Origin: the human T2T-CHM13v2.0 reference genome, Homo sapiens | Length of the DNA stretch: 64,000 bases | Direction: 5' to 3' (one strand) | NCBI RefSeq assembly: GCF_009914755.1 | Contig: NC_060925.1 | Shown: piece after piece, positions 27,428-42,849 of the stretch | How the letters are laid out: each line of letters starts with the position of its first letter | Numbering within the stretch: the stretch's first letter is position 1 | Notes under the pieces: model-generated | The model's input: the letters and a program-made list of their open reading frames with translations, nothing else | Database searches by the model: none | What the model was told of the DNA's origin: nothing | Program-made: the position numbers and the translations under genes

Positions 27428-27884
27428 GCTGGGTTATATGTGTTGAGGATGGAAACACAGAAAAAGTTTCATTCTCATAACAGCATATCAAGAGTATGTA
27501 CTATCAACATGACATCGCTGTTGATGTTGCCTTCGATTAGCCGACTGGCATGGTGTTTTGTTTTTCAGGTTTCTCCATTGTAAAGTTATTCTCCTTCCAC
27601 CTCCCCTTTTATACTGTGTTCTTTGAAAAGATGTCACTGTGCACAGACCATATTCTGAAGATGGGATGTTATGCTGTTGCTTCTTTAGGGGAGAGCATCT
27701 CTATATATTATTTAAAATGTTTCTGTGCAGAATATTTGTCTGCTCTTCCCCATTTATATATTTATTGAATCAAACATTTATGTTAATATGGACACATGGT
27801 ATTTTTTGGGGGGTTATAATCGGATATTACTTTGTTTATCTTATTGGACAAATTGTTTCAACTTCGGCTATTGGTAACTTTTCT

Positions 27885-28078
27885 TTTTAAATTTTTATAT
27901 TGATACATAACAGCTGTACATATTTTGGGAGTACACATGATACTTTGATACCTGCATACAATGTATAGTGATCAAGTAAGGGTAACTGGGATACCTATCA
28001 CCTCAAATATTTATCATTAATTTCTGTTTGGAACATTTCAAATCTTTCTTCTATTTTGAAATATACAATAAATTATTA
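27885..28078 (-). mobile_element. Short L1MA 3'-end insertion
   Basis: TTGATACATAA..TGTACATATTTTGGGAGTACA..ATCACCTCAAATATTTATCA..TTTTGAAATATACAATAAATTATT. Confidence 0.8.
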
Positions 28079-28849
28079 TATGGTTCCTGTCTTGCTTTAC
28101 ATACCCCATCAATGTGATTTCTTGAATTCCTTTCTTAATCTCTGGCGCTACCTGATAGTGCAGGCTCATCTTGTATAATTCCTGCCCTAGCCCTAGTATC
28201 CATCGCTCTCCAAGGAGTCCTGGCTCCTTGTATTGGATAATGGTATTAGATCCCAAGATGTAGGTGGCAATGGTATTAGATATCAAGATGTAGGTGCCAA
28301 GTGTAATCATTGCTATGGGAATATTGTGTCTAGGATTGACATAGAAAAGAGAGGTGTAAGTATATACACACATCTATAATTGTTTCTCAGTTTAACTGTA
28401 TTTATTTATATTAAGCTAAACTTCTGTACAGTTGTTTCATAAATTTGAAAGATAGTTACATTTTTGTCACATTTTGAATTCCTTCTTTATATTTCCCAGC
28501 CCCCAAATGATTTATTTTACATTGCACATGGTAAGTTTCACTCTTTGTTTTGTAAAGTTCTACTAGTTTGACAAACACACAGTGTGATGAATCCATCATT
28601 GCTATATTATATAGTGTAATTCTGCAATTTCCAACTGTACTCCACTTGTCCTATTCTACCCGCCTTCCTCTGGCAAACTCTAATTGTTTTATCACTGAAA
28701 GTCTTGCCTTTTCTAGAATGTCATATAATTTGAATCATTACAGTATATCTCCCTTTCAGGTTGGGTTGTTTCATTTAGCAATATTCATTTAAGATTCATC
28801 CATATCTTAAATTCATTCATAAGATAGCTCCTATTTTCTCCTTTTAAAT

Positions 28850-30198
28850 GTATTATTTTAAAATTTATTACTCAGTGATGTTCAGCATATTTACAAATGT
28901 GTGCAACTATCACCACAGTCAATCAATTTTAAAACATATCAATCATTTCAAAAAGAAGCCACATACCCTTTAGCTATTACTCCATTTTACCATGTCACTC
29001 ATTCTAAAACTAAGCAATCTCCCATCTAGTTTCAGTCTCTGTAGGTCCTCATATTCTGGACATTTCATATGAAATGGAACATATAACATGTTGTATTTTG
29101 TGGTTGGCTTGCTTCACTTAGCATAATGAATTCAAGGCTCATGCTTATTGTAACATGCTTCAGTATTTCATTCTTTTCTATGGATAACATTTCATTTTAT
29201 GGACATACCACCTTTGCATTCATCAGTTGATGGATTTAGATTGCATTTACCTTTTGGTTACTATAAATAATGATGCTACAAACACATGTACAAGCTTTTG
29301 TATGGGCATATGTTTTTCTTTATCTAAAATATACAGCTAGAAGTGGAATTATTGAGTCATATATCAATTCTATGTTTAATCATTTGAGTAGCTGCCAGAC
29401 TGTTCCAAGTGGCTGTACCAATTCAAATTTCCATCAGTAGTGTATGAGGGTTATTATTTTTCCATATTGTTACACATACTTGTTATTATCTGTCTTCTTA
29501 ATTCTAGCCTTTCTAGTGGGTGTGAAGTAGTGTCTCGCATGATTTTATTTGCATTTGCCTGATGAATAATGATGTCAATCATCTCTTTATGAGCTCATTG
29601 GCCTTTTGGATATTTTCCTTGGGGCAATGTCTATTTATAAACTTATAGCTTTCTTTAATATTGGGTTATTTGTCTTTTTATTACAAGTAGTAAGAGTTTT
29701 TATATATTCTAAATAAAGACTCTATCATATGTATGCTTTGAAAATATGTTCTCCCATTCTGTAGATTGTCTTTTCACCTTCTTGATGGTATCCTTTGAGG
29801 TACAAATGTGTTTAATTTCGATGAGGTCTAGTTTATCTGTTTTTATCTTTTGTTGTTTTTGCTTTTGGTTCATAGGAAAGAATACTTTGTGAAATCCAGG
29901 GTCATGAATATTTGCCCATATATTTTCTTTTATGAAGTTTATAGTTTTACCTCTTCCATTTAGATCTTTGAACTATTTATTTTTACTTTATTTATATGAT
30001 GTGAAGTAAGAGCTCAATTTTGCATGTGGCTATTTACTTGTCCCAAAACAATTTTTTGATAAGACTATCCTTTTTATGTTGAATACTTTTGACACATTTG
30101 TTAAAATCAGTTGACCATAAATGTATGAAATTATTGCTGGATACTCCATTATATCCCATTAACTCATACGTTTATTTTTGGGCCAGCACCACACTGTC
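28850..30198 (-). mobile_element. L1MB-like 3' segment
   Basis: TTCTGGACATTTCATAT, TTCACTTAGCATAATG, TTCTCCCATTCTGTAG, AAAATCAGTTGACCATA. Confidence 0.85.
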
Positions 30199-30309
30199 GT
30201 CTATATAAGTCATTTTATATTGTCATATATATATATAGATATATAAATGACTTGCTCTTCTGTGAAACATGAATATATATATATGACGAATGTTCAAGAG
30301 AAAACAACA

Positions 30310-30730
30310 AATAAAGAAATATTTATATATGAAAACCTATAAAAATTCAGTTAAAAACGTTGAGTCGGTGGTATTTAACCCAAGACCACCCCTGCTTCCT
30401 CCGTGCCAGCTCAGTGAGGCATAGACCTCACTTCAGACTGCTGCAAGGGAGAACTGGGGCTCCCTCTTTCCCACAAATCCCAGTCAGAGAGTTTTCTTTC
30501 CTGAAGAAGTATGACATTAACATTTATCATCTTGCTTCTACCTACCTGTTTCTAAGCCCCAAGTGAGTACAGTAGTGAGGTGGTGTCTCCCTTTTGCTGC
30601 CAAACCACCTTCTATATGGCATGATGAGAATACTAGGGCCCAGATCATTCTTGCCTCAACTTACGGGGTATTGATTTCACACCAGGAGAGGCAAATGGAG
30701 AAGACCTCGGCTGCCACTTCACCCACTCTC
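30310..30730 (+). mobile_element. Probable L1M 5'-region fragment
   Basis: GC-richer island (CCAGCTCAGTGAG, GGGCTCCCTCT) resembling recalled L1M4-type 5' ends, directly upstream of plus-strand ORF2. Confidence 0.4.
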
Positions 30731-30739
30731 CAAGTGATT

Positions 30740-31583
30740 TTATATATAGAAAGTCATAAGGAATTCCCAAAAACCTATTATAGCTTTTTTAATTTGACAA
30801 GGTTGAATCCTGTATTGTTGAAAGATATATGATCAATGTACAAAAATGAAGTTTTATTTCTATACACTTGCAATGAACAATCTGAAAATAAAATTAGAAA
30901 AACAATTTCACTCACAATGGCATGAAAAATAAAATACTTAGGAAAAATTATAATTTAGAAAAGACACACAAAACATATACTCTGAATACTACTAAACATT
31001 TGGGGAGAAAATAACAGCGCTCTAAATGAATGAAAAAAAAAGTACCTTCTATTCTTGGAGTGGAAGACTTAAAGTATGTAAACATGGCAATACTCTCCAA
31101 ACTGTCTCCAAGATTAACATAATACATATTAGAATCCAAGCTGACTTCTTTACAAAAAGTGAAAAACTAATTCTAAAATTTTAATGGAATTATATAAGTC
31201 CCAGAGTAGCCAAAATCATCTTGAAAAAGAACAAAGTAATATGGTTTACAACTTCTGATTTCAAAACTCATGGTCGCTTAATGGTATTCAAGACAGTGTG
31301 GTACAGGCCCAAGAATAAACATATGAATTAATGGGATAGAATGGAGTATCTAGCAATCATTTCATACAGTTATGGTCAACTGATTTTAACAAATGTGTCA
31401 AGATTATTCGACATAAAAAAGACAGTCTTATCAAAAAATTGTTTTGGAACAATCTGGCATCTCCTCAAATGATTAAACATAGAATTAATATATGACTCAG
31501 CAATTCCACTCCTAGGTGTATATTTTAGATAAAGAAAAACATATGCCCATACAAAAGCTTGTACATGTGTTTGTAGCATCATT
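30740..31583 (+). mobile_element. L1MB ORF2 segment, partly an inverted copy of 29269-30198
   Basis: ATTTCTATACACTTGCAATGAACAATCTGAAAA; 31292-31452 and 31444-31583 are reverse complements of 30038-30198 and 29269-29408. Confidence 0.88.
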
Positions 31584-31811
31584 GCCAGTTTTTGTTTGTT
31601 TGTTTTTGTTTTCATTTTCTGATCAGCTGCAGTCACGTAATTTTTGTTCGTGTTTACTTTAGTCTTTCTCATTGGTAGGTAGTAGTGTCTCATTGTTTTA
31701 CTTTGCAATTTGCTGATAACGAATGACATTGAGCATCTTTTAAGAAATTTATTTGACATCTTTATATCTTCTTTGGTGACATGTCTGATCCGACCTGTGT
31801 CCCATTCTTAT

Positions 31812-32100
31812 TTAAATTTAAATTTAAATTTTAGATACAAGGGTTATATGTGCAGATTTGTTACATAAGAATATTGCAGGATGCTGAGGTTTGGGGTATG
31901 GATCCCATTAACCATAGTAGGCATAGTACCTGGTAGTTTTTTAACCCATCCCTCTTCCATCCTCCCTCTAGTAGTCTACAGTGTCTATTATTCCCATATA
32001 TATGTCTGTATCTGCTCAATACTTAGCTCCTACTTATGAGTGAAAACATGCAGTACTTGGTTTTCTGTTCTTGCATTAGTTTACTTAGGATTATTGCCTC
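31812..32100 (-). mobile_element. L1PA15/16-like 3' end
   Basis: TTTTAGATACAAGGG..TGTGCAGATTTGTTACATA..GATGCTGAGGTTTGGGGTATGGATCCC. Confidence 0.8.
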
Positions 32101-33064
32101 TACCCATAACGAATATAAGCAAAATCATCTTTAAATGTATTTCCTTTATATCAATATTTATATCTATGTGATCTAGAAATGAAATGTTAACTAAATGTGT
32201 AATATGAGTAAAATAGATATACAATATGTCAACCACTAAGTATTCTGCATTTACAAATATTACCTTATTTATATTTTCTCTTTATCCCTTTGTAATGAGT
32301 TCTATTGTAATCCTCATTTAGCAGGATAACTCAATCAAGAAAGGCTTTAAGTAGCTTCCTCAAGTTTACACATTCAACAAGTGTTGTTTTTCATTCTAGC
32401 TTCAAAATATATTCTGTCACCTGTTTTGTTATTCTGTCTTTGAAATATTATTGTAATGTAATACAAAATATATTTTCAATGTGTTTCTTATACACTTAAT
32501 TTTTAATACTCTTTAGACTATTATTCAAGGTATAATATGTACTTTAGATATATCCCAATCTTATGAATGTCAATTCACATTTCAAAATATTAATATTTAA
32601 AAATGTTAGCTAAATTTAGTTTGGTTTAATTTTTATGTGAATATCGTCTTATTCTGTGGCTGAGGAATTCACAAACTATGAGATATGTAAATCCTAACAG
32701 TTTATTTTAGTTCTTCTTGTCTGTACATTATGAATTTTTTTTGCTTAGTACTATTATACAACTATTGTACTTTGTAAGTAGTACTTCACTTAAATTCGCC
32801 ACCATAATCAGTGTTTGAGTCCAATGAACTTCAATCTGCAGACTTTCACTAATGGTAAACAGATGATTAGGGTTTACCACTACCAACTACTAAGTCCAGC
32901 TTAATATGTTCTTTTGTTTTAAAATACTTTGGTAAATGTTACTTTTTTATCAAAATTTGTTCTTTCTCCTTCATTCATATCATTTTACATCATGGTCTTG
33001 GGCTTTTGACTTGCTTTTCTAGTAAAATGTGATGACATACATTTTACCTGAGCAGACACTTTAA

Positions 33065-33681
33065 ATGTGCTTCCATGATTTAACTTGCCATCTTTTTCTT
33101 CTGCCATGTTCCATGTGAATGGTGTATATCAAAGATACAACGGGCATTCAGTCTGTGTTCTAGAATAGATTATAAGTGAAACAGGAAACACGGTTGATAT
33201 ACAGATGCATGAGAAAGAAATAAGTGTGTTGTTGAAAGCCACTATATTAGTCTGTTCTCACATTGCTATAAAAAATACTTGAGACTGGGTAATTTAGAAA
33301 GAAAAGAGGTGCAATTGGCTTACGATTCCACCGCATATATGGCTGAGAAGGACTCGGGAAACTTACAGTCATGGTGGAAGATGAAGGGGAAACCAGTCAC
33401 TTCTTACATGGCCAGAGCAGGAGGGATAGAGAGCGGCGAGATGCTACACATTTTAAACAACCAGATCTCATGATAACTCCCTGACTATTTTGAGAACAAC
33501 AACAACAACAAAAGGGAAATCCACCCCCATGATCAAATCACCTCCCACCAGGACCCACCTCCATCGCTGGGGACTACTTTGACATGAGATTTGGGTGGGG
33601 AGACAGATCCAAACCACATCAGGCACTGAAATTTTGGAATTTATGTCATGCAGCATCATTACAAAAATAACTGACTAATGC
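33065..33681 (+). mobile_element. MLT1-type MaLR LTR 3' part, split by MSTA
   Basis: CATGAGAAAGAAATAA..AAGCCAC | TGAAATTTTGG..CTGACTAATGCA. Confidence 0.6.
33243..33621 (-). mobile_element. MSTA-like MaLR solo LTR
   Basis: TATATTAGTCTGTTCTCACATTGCTATAAA ... CAGATCCAAACCACATCA; TSD GCCAC/GGCAC. Confidence 0.9.
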
Positions 33682-34297
33682 AAGTACCTCGGGTGTCATA
33701 TCTTTCCCAGACCAATGGATGAAGTGAGGACATTAACATGAGCACTTGTGAACCATTTATATGTATAAATACTTATCTTCTTTACAAACTAAGGAACATT
33801 CCTGAAATCTATTAGAACAAAAGTCATAAAGAAAATTAGCAATCCACTGGCCATGTGTAGAAAACAGATGTAATTTCTTTGACCTTGCAATTTTAATTAA
33901 TGGAGTATTTTCAGGGTAATTAATGTGCAACATGTAAAATCAGGAAGATTGTAAGTTAGGTGTCTGAATAACTTACCTTTTGAGAAATCTTTTCTATCAC
34001 TACGTGGCAGCCATTAACTTTCTGCTTAGATGGCCATTCTCTTTTTTGCTTGCTACACTACATGCCACTCCTTAATATTTGTCAACACTGAAGTCAGTGC
34101 TCATTGGTCTTTATTATCTTGCATATGCTGTTGCTTTTTCTATTCTCATCTGATTCAGGTTAAATTATTAATCCATGGATGCATGTCTTTGTTATATCAT
34201 TTAGGAAGCATAAAATCATAAATATGTTACAGTGAACTCATTTTAGAAAAAAGTAGAGGGCTGTATGTTTATTTTAGTTACCAGGTTTTCTGAGAGC

Positions 34298-34323
34298 AAA
34301 AAAAAAAAAAAAAAAAAAAAAAA
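34298..34323. repeat. (A)26 homopolymer
   Basis: Read directly; no SINE/LINE body recognised upstream. Confidence 0.95.
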
Positions 34324-35002
34324 GAAAAGACTCTTTAAATTTTGAAAATTTCTCCTAAAGCTACTTGAAATATTCATTTCATTTACAATGCTTTTGTTGA
34401 ATATCACCAGTGTTTCAGCTCCTTGACTAGTTTCTTAATAGCAGTCAGCATCACCTGAAATGATAAATTAAAAACAGAACGTCAAGTGCTCTTTAACTTC
34501 AAGGCTCATTTAATATAACTGATCACTATGAAATCAAACAATAAACAATTAAAAAGAGATCCCGTCCATATAATGTATATCAAGTTTTTTAATTGTCTTC
34601 ATTAGGGATGCATGAAAAAGCCAAAATGTCTTCTGGTTGCAGAAAGTAATGATCCAGGATAAAAATATATCAACATGGGAGAAAAATAACTCCTAAAACG
34701 ATTTCTGAGTTGTCACCTGGAATTAGAATTATCTCTCCATAACCTAAAGTTGTCAAACCTTTGATTCAGTTATTAAATGTGCAGATGATTAAAATACAGG
34801 CAGGTTAAAGAAATCCAACTAACAGTGTAGATTATTTTCAGAAGTGAGCTAGTAGTTTACGCATATTGTGAGCTACTTAAAATGCTTCACACCAAGGAAG
34901 CCTAGATAAATGGTTTTATGTAAAAGGAAACTGCAGAGAGTAGGCAAACAAAGCATGCTCCAATAATATTGTATATTTCAAAACAGATAATGTTTTTAAT
35001 AT

Positions 35003-35220
35003 TATATTTCTCAGTGTTGGCACTATTGATGTTTGGGTCTAGATAAATTTTTGTTGTAGGGGGCCTCCACTTGCATTGTAGGGTACTTACTTATTAGTAC
35101 TCCTGGCCTCCGTGTAGTAGATGCTCCTACCAATTCCCTGCTTCAGACAAACAAAAATGTCTGCAGATATATTGTAAATATCTCCTGGAGAGTAACATAT
35201 GCTGCAGTTGAGACAAACAG
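35003..35220 (+). mobile_element. MER20 (hAT-Charlie MITE)
   Basis: TTTCTCA..GGCACTATTGA..TGCATTGTAGG..CCTGGCCTC..TAGATGC..AAAAATGTCT.CAGA..GTTGAGA. Confidence 0.8.
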
Positions 35221-36649
35221 TTTCATACTGTACCTCTTTTCATATTAGAACACATATCCTATGAGTATTCAACAATAGGAAAGATAAATATATATTATAA
35301 ATTTATTTAACTAAAGCAAACAGGGATTTAAAAGAATCATTTACTTACATTTTAAAATCTCATACAATGAAGGACAAGGTACACATCCAAAAGTATTATA
35401 GTAACCTTAATCCACTTATTCAATTTTATTTTATCATGACAGGTTAAAATCTTACTAAGCATAAGCACTGTGCTAGGCATCCAGAATAATGGACAGCAAG
35501 CTGCTTGCAAGTTAATTTTGGTCTCATTTATTTATAATTAATTTACTTACATTATTTTCCATGTTAACATTAGGAAATGTCTAATGTTTAAACGATGGTA
35601 TTAAGAGAGTTATTATTTGAGCAAGGCTGTGTCTTCTGGCAAATGTATGTATTTCAAAGAAAAATGTCTATTTTGCAAATATTAGATATCAAATTTGCTT
35701 CTATTCATGGTAAGCAGATAACAAAAAGGCATACATTATTTCTTAACATTGAAAAAGCTGTCATGGTATTTCCTCTGCCAATGGCAACATTTACCACAGC
35801 ATCACTGAGCATTTGTGGCACTTTTTCTGTGTACCACATTCTACAATCAAAAAATACTTTGCTTTTATGTTTCTCCCTACCTTTTCTCTGGACTGTCAGA
35901 AACTTGAAGCCAAGGACCAGTTCTCTACACTGCTTTTTATTCTCATTATGCATCACATTTTGGTGCAGGGTAGATGTCAGTAATATATGATAAATTATTT
36001 TTAACTTAAGAGTAAATTATGATTCATCTTTCTCAAGTCGACCGTGGACAGCAGGAAGGGTTTAGGAAACAAAGTGAAGAACAAGTTTCACCTAATCTTA
36101 TGATTTCTTCTAGTACCTATCCTTATTTATCACTGTGTTTCTCACTTTACTACCTTTCTTAAACTCATTTTATTTGAAGAAGATAATTCAGTTTGAATAA
36201 TTTTGCAAAGAGAAAGCTTATCTTACTGTCAGCATGATTATGTAGCTTTAGAGATCAAAGGCTTTTCCCAATAAAGTTCTAAAATCTTTATGTCATTTCA
36301 GAGAGCCAACTTCGGCTGACACTTTCTCTTTCTTGCTGTACATTATTAAATGTGAAATATGTGGCCAGCTTATTCCAATGACCTATGTTTTTTCCTGCAA
36401 ACTTACCAGAGTCTATCTCTCTATAGATATATAACCTGAATCTCCCTCTATAGGCATATAACCTGCGTCTCAAGATGCAAAAGGTATTAGCCTAACAACT
36501 GAGTTTTCTACCACACATCGCAGCTACTGATCACCCAACCAGAGAGGGAAGAATCCATAGTGGTCCACACCACACTTCAGATCAGCCAGTTTCATGTTTT
36601 CATGCCTATAGTTCATAATGCTATACTAATATCTACATTTGTTAGAATT

Positions 36650-37044
36650 ATTTAAGTCACAATGACAAGCATTTTCGAAAATGTTTTGTAAGTTTCTCAT
36701 TTCATTAAACATATGCCTTCTATAATCTGGAAATGCATTCCTAAAGATATAAATGTGTATATCCCCCCCCAAAAAAAAATCTTGCACAAGAATGTTCACA
36801 GCAGCCTTATACATATTAGTCAAATGGTGATCAACAGGAATGCGAAAACCCAGTTGTGATATACTTAATAGACTACTACTTATCAATTAAAGAGAATAGA
36901 TTGATGATGTATTTAACAGCATCATTGAATCTCAAAAACATCAGCAAATAAGGTAACAAAAAATAATTTATATTCTAAAATTCCTATTACATGGTGTTCA
37001 CAAATAGTCAATCTTTGGTAATAAAAGTTAGAATACAGTTTACC

Positions 37045-37045
<1 letters not shown>
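36650..37045 (+). mobile_element. L1ME-like 3' fragment
   Basis: CTTGCACAAGAATGTTCACAGCAGCCTTAT ... TGAATCTCAAAAACA. Confidence 0.6.
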
Positions 37046-37047
<2 letters not shown>

Positions 37048-37094
<47 letters not shown>

Positions 37095-37106
37095 TGTGTA
37101 TGTGTG
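37048..37106. repeat. (GT)n microsatellite (~22 perfect units plus imperfect tail)
   Basis: Read directly. Confidence 0.95.
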
Positions 37107-38449
37107 AGGGGGGATGTCTGCCTGCATCTAATGATGTAAAGCCATATTTATTTAAGTGCTTTTACATATGCAAACATTTACTAATCTGTATATTTGCGCA
37201 TTTTATTGCATGCAATTTTGTTCAAAAATGTTGTAACAGTGAAAAATAATTCAAACTGGCATTCTAAATGCATTGGCTCATGTAATTGGAAACTAAAAAA
37301 AAAAAAATTCTGGCTTTTGGCACTGCTTGTATCAGGGGCTGTGTTTAAGCCAGTGCTCTATTATTCTTCTCTATACCTCTGAACTCTGATTGCTCTGATT
37401 AGTGTCATTGTAATAAGCCTTCTCTGTAGGATAACAGGATAACGATCATAGCATTGGATTTACATCATAAAAACTTATTTATCCTAATTAAAAATGAAAC
37501 AAATGTAGTCCCAAATATCTGTAGAAAATAAGAGAGTTTGAATTACCTAGGCTTAGATTGTAAGACAATTTTAAATAGAGTTTGAAAATTGTAATTTACA
37601 CTTAATTGGTGATGTAGCATATTGGGCTTCATCAGAACATGTGCAATTACTTTCCCGTAGGGAAGGGTTATCTGGAAGAAGAAGAAAGGAAGAAAAGAAG
37701 AAGAAGAAGGAAGAGAAGGAGAATAGACATAAGCATGTGTTGTGGAACACATATTTATGTTCATGTCACATGTAATAAAAATTAACACTGTGAGAACTAA
37801 ACTAACATTTTTAATAAAGGTAGAGAATGACCAAAAAACAATCATTGATGATGGAAATTAGGAGGTTCAGACAGTGGTATTGTCTAATGGCTAAAGATAA
37901 TATATTTATATTATATACATGTGTAATGCAGAAATTTTGATATAGAAGTGTCATTGAACTCTGACATAAGAGTGACATTACATCTAGAACCTAAGAAAAT
38001 ATGTAGCTTTTATTTTAAAAAGCTTAGGGGCAGTAGCAGTATTAGAGAGCTTAGTCTCAATTGATTTCAGGAAGTGGACAGACAATTTGTCATTAGACTA
38101 GGGAAGGAGGGGTATTTGTGTACCATTGACTTGGGGTTGTAGAATTTCAGAGAAATGGAGAAGGAGAGGGATAGTTATAGGGTAAGTCATGAAATAGAAA
38201 ACACAGAAATTTGAGAATAAATAATCAAACCAAATAGATAATAGGAGAGTCTGTATAATGTGTGGTTAAGAAAAATGACAGAGATTGGAGGGTAATGAAA
38301 TTTGATGGTCTGAAAATGTCAAGCTGATGGAGAATTTTTTCTCATTCATGTGCATGACTTTTCAGCAAAACACCTCAAAATAAGATTATGTCTGCATCTA
38401 TTATTTTGATTCATCTTCTTCATTTTTCTATTGACGCTAGTTAAATCTA

Positions 38450-39400
38450 GCTCTTGCCAAAATACATTTTTTTCAAGTTAAACGCTTACCTCCAAGCTGC
38501 TGTTTCCATAGCTAAGACTCAGTCTTCATATTACTTGATCTTGCTGCAATATTCCTTTACTGGGAACTATTTGTTCTTACTTGCACCCCATTGCATCTTA
38601 GTTATATTTATGTTGCGTTGGATGTTGTAAGTGTCTAAGTTTCTCTTAGCTGGTTTCTCTTAGTCTCTTGACACATAAAAGTCTGAGTGTTCCAGGACTA
38701 CTTCTTAATCAGAACTTTCTCTAGTAGTAACATATAGTATTGCATGGGCTTAAAAGCCATTTGTAAGGTGATTTTCTCATTAAAATGCAAACTCCTATAT
38801 ATAATGCCCTCTTAACATCTTCACTTGTATTAAGCCCAAATCTAACAAGTCCTAAACAAAAATCGTGGTCTGGTCTTCTCATGTGAAAATAGCTCCCCTA
38901 CAGAAATCTCAGCATAGTTAATGTCAGTTCAAGCCACAGTCTAAAATCATTCTTCTGGATCACTTACATGCACTTCTGACTGTCACTAAATACTATTCCT
39001 TCTACCTTTAAATTATGTGTAGAAAATGTCACTTCTTCCTTTACAACCTGATCATCATCACCACTATCTGTCACCTTAGATTTTTGTGATAGTCCCCCGG
39101 ACCTCTCATCTCTGCCCTCTTCTCTATAGTTCACTCTCAACACAATGGCTAATGTGAATTTTTTAAACCTCTTGAACATTACTGTCTTTTCAAAAGTTTG
39201 AAGCAGCTACCCAGGTCACTTAGAGAAATTTTTTTTTTTTTTTGCAAAGACTAAAATGCCCACTACATGATAAACTTAATTCTCACCTAACACCACTATT
39301 CTGATGCAGTCTGCTACCACTGTTTCCAAGAATCCAGTTTTGATGCACTGTCCTCCTTGAGCCTATTAGATATGCTCTCATGCAGATTGTTTTTACTTTG
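38450..39400 (+). mobile_element. Degraded L2 LINE
   Basis: Pyrimidine-rich, with ACATCTTCACTTG and CTCAACACAATGGCTAATGTGAATTTTTTAAA, typical of L2; ends approximate. Confidence 0.55.
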
Positions 39401-39415
39401 CTTAGAAGACGCTTC

Positions 39416-41764
<2,349 letters not shown>

Positions 41765-42610
41765 GAGTGAAGGATATGAACAGACACTTCTCAAAAGAAG
41801 ACATTTATGCAGCCAAAAGACACATGAAAAAATGCTCATTATCACTGGCCATCAGAGAAATGCCAATCAAAACCACAATGAGATACCATCTCACACCAGT
41901 TAGAATGGTGATCATTAAAAAGTCAGGAAACAACAGGTGCTGGAGAGGATGTGGAGAAATAGGAACACTTTTACACTGTTGGTGGGACTGTAAGCTAGTT
42001 CAACCATTGTGGAAGTCAGTGTGGCGATTCCTCAGTGGTGTAGAACTAGAAATACCATTTGACCCAGCCATCCCATTACTGGGTATATAACCAAAGGATT
42101 ACAAATCATGCTGCTATAAAGACACATGCACACATATGTTTATTGTGGCACTATTCACAATAGCAAAGACTTGGAACCAACCCAAATGTCCAACAATGAT
42201 AGACTGGATTAAGAAAATGTGACACATATACACCATGGAATACTGTGCAGCCATAAAAAATGATGAGTCCATGTCCTTTGTAGGGACATGGATGAAGCTG
42301 GAAACCATCATTCTCAGCAAACTATCACAAGGACAAAAAACCAAACACCACATGTTCTCACTCATAGCTGGGAATTGAACAATGAGAACACATGGACACA
42401 GGAAGGAGAACATCACACACCGGGGCCTGTTGTGGGGTGGGGGAAGCAGGGAGGAATAGCATTAGGCGATATACCTAATGTTAACGACGTGTTAATGGGT
42501 GCAGCACACCAACATGGCACATGTATACATATGTAACAAACCTGCACATTGTGTACATGTGCCCTAAAACTTAAAGTATAATAAAAATAAATAAATAAAT
42601 AAATAAGTAA
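41765..42610 (+). mobile_element. 3' segment of the same L1PA (ORF2 C-terminus, 3'UTR, (TAAA)n tail)
   Basis: [22 protein letters not shown]; ACTTAAAGTATAATAA; TSD AGAAGACGCTTCAT (39404-39417) / AGAAGATACTTCAT (42611-42624). Confidence 0.96.
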
Positions 42611-42681
42611 AGAAGATACTTCATTAGATATCCACATGGATTGCCCCTCAGTTTTTCAGAAATCTGTCTATCTATCTACAA

Positions 42682-42738
42682 ACACACACACTACATACAT
42701 ACATACATACATACATATATGCGCATGCACATGCACAT

Positions 42739-42777
<39 letters not shown>

Positions 42778-42812
42778 TAGGGATACAGGGAGGGAGGGAG
42801 GAGAGGAGGGAG
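42682..42812. repeat. Compound (CA)/(TACA)n/(GA)n/G-rich simple repeats
   Basis: Read directly; source of the low-complexity ORFs here. Confidence 0.9.
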
Positions 42813-42849
42813 GGTGCGAGGGAAAGTTATTTAAATAAATACACACTGC

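Larger units (their letters stand above)
26615..28810 (-). mobile_element. L1MC/MD-like 3' region interrupted by MSTB and a short L1MA
   Basis: GTTTTAGATTTACAAAA start, ATTGGGATTTTTCTGATGTT, TTCTAGAATGTCATATA; sequence resumes across both nested inserts. Confidence 0.65.

Noticed and set aside
35595-35990. 131-aa ORF with an overlapping antisense ORF
   Set aside because: No recognisable domain; the 3' half overlaps an L2-like end; length within chance.
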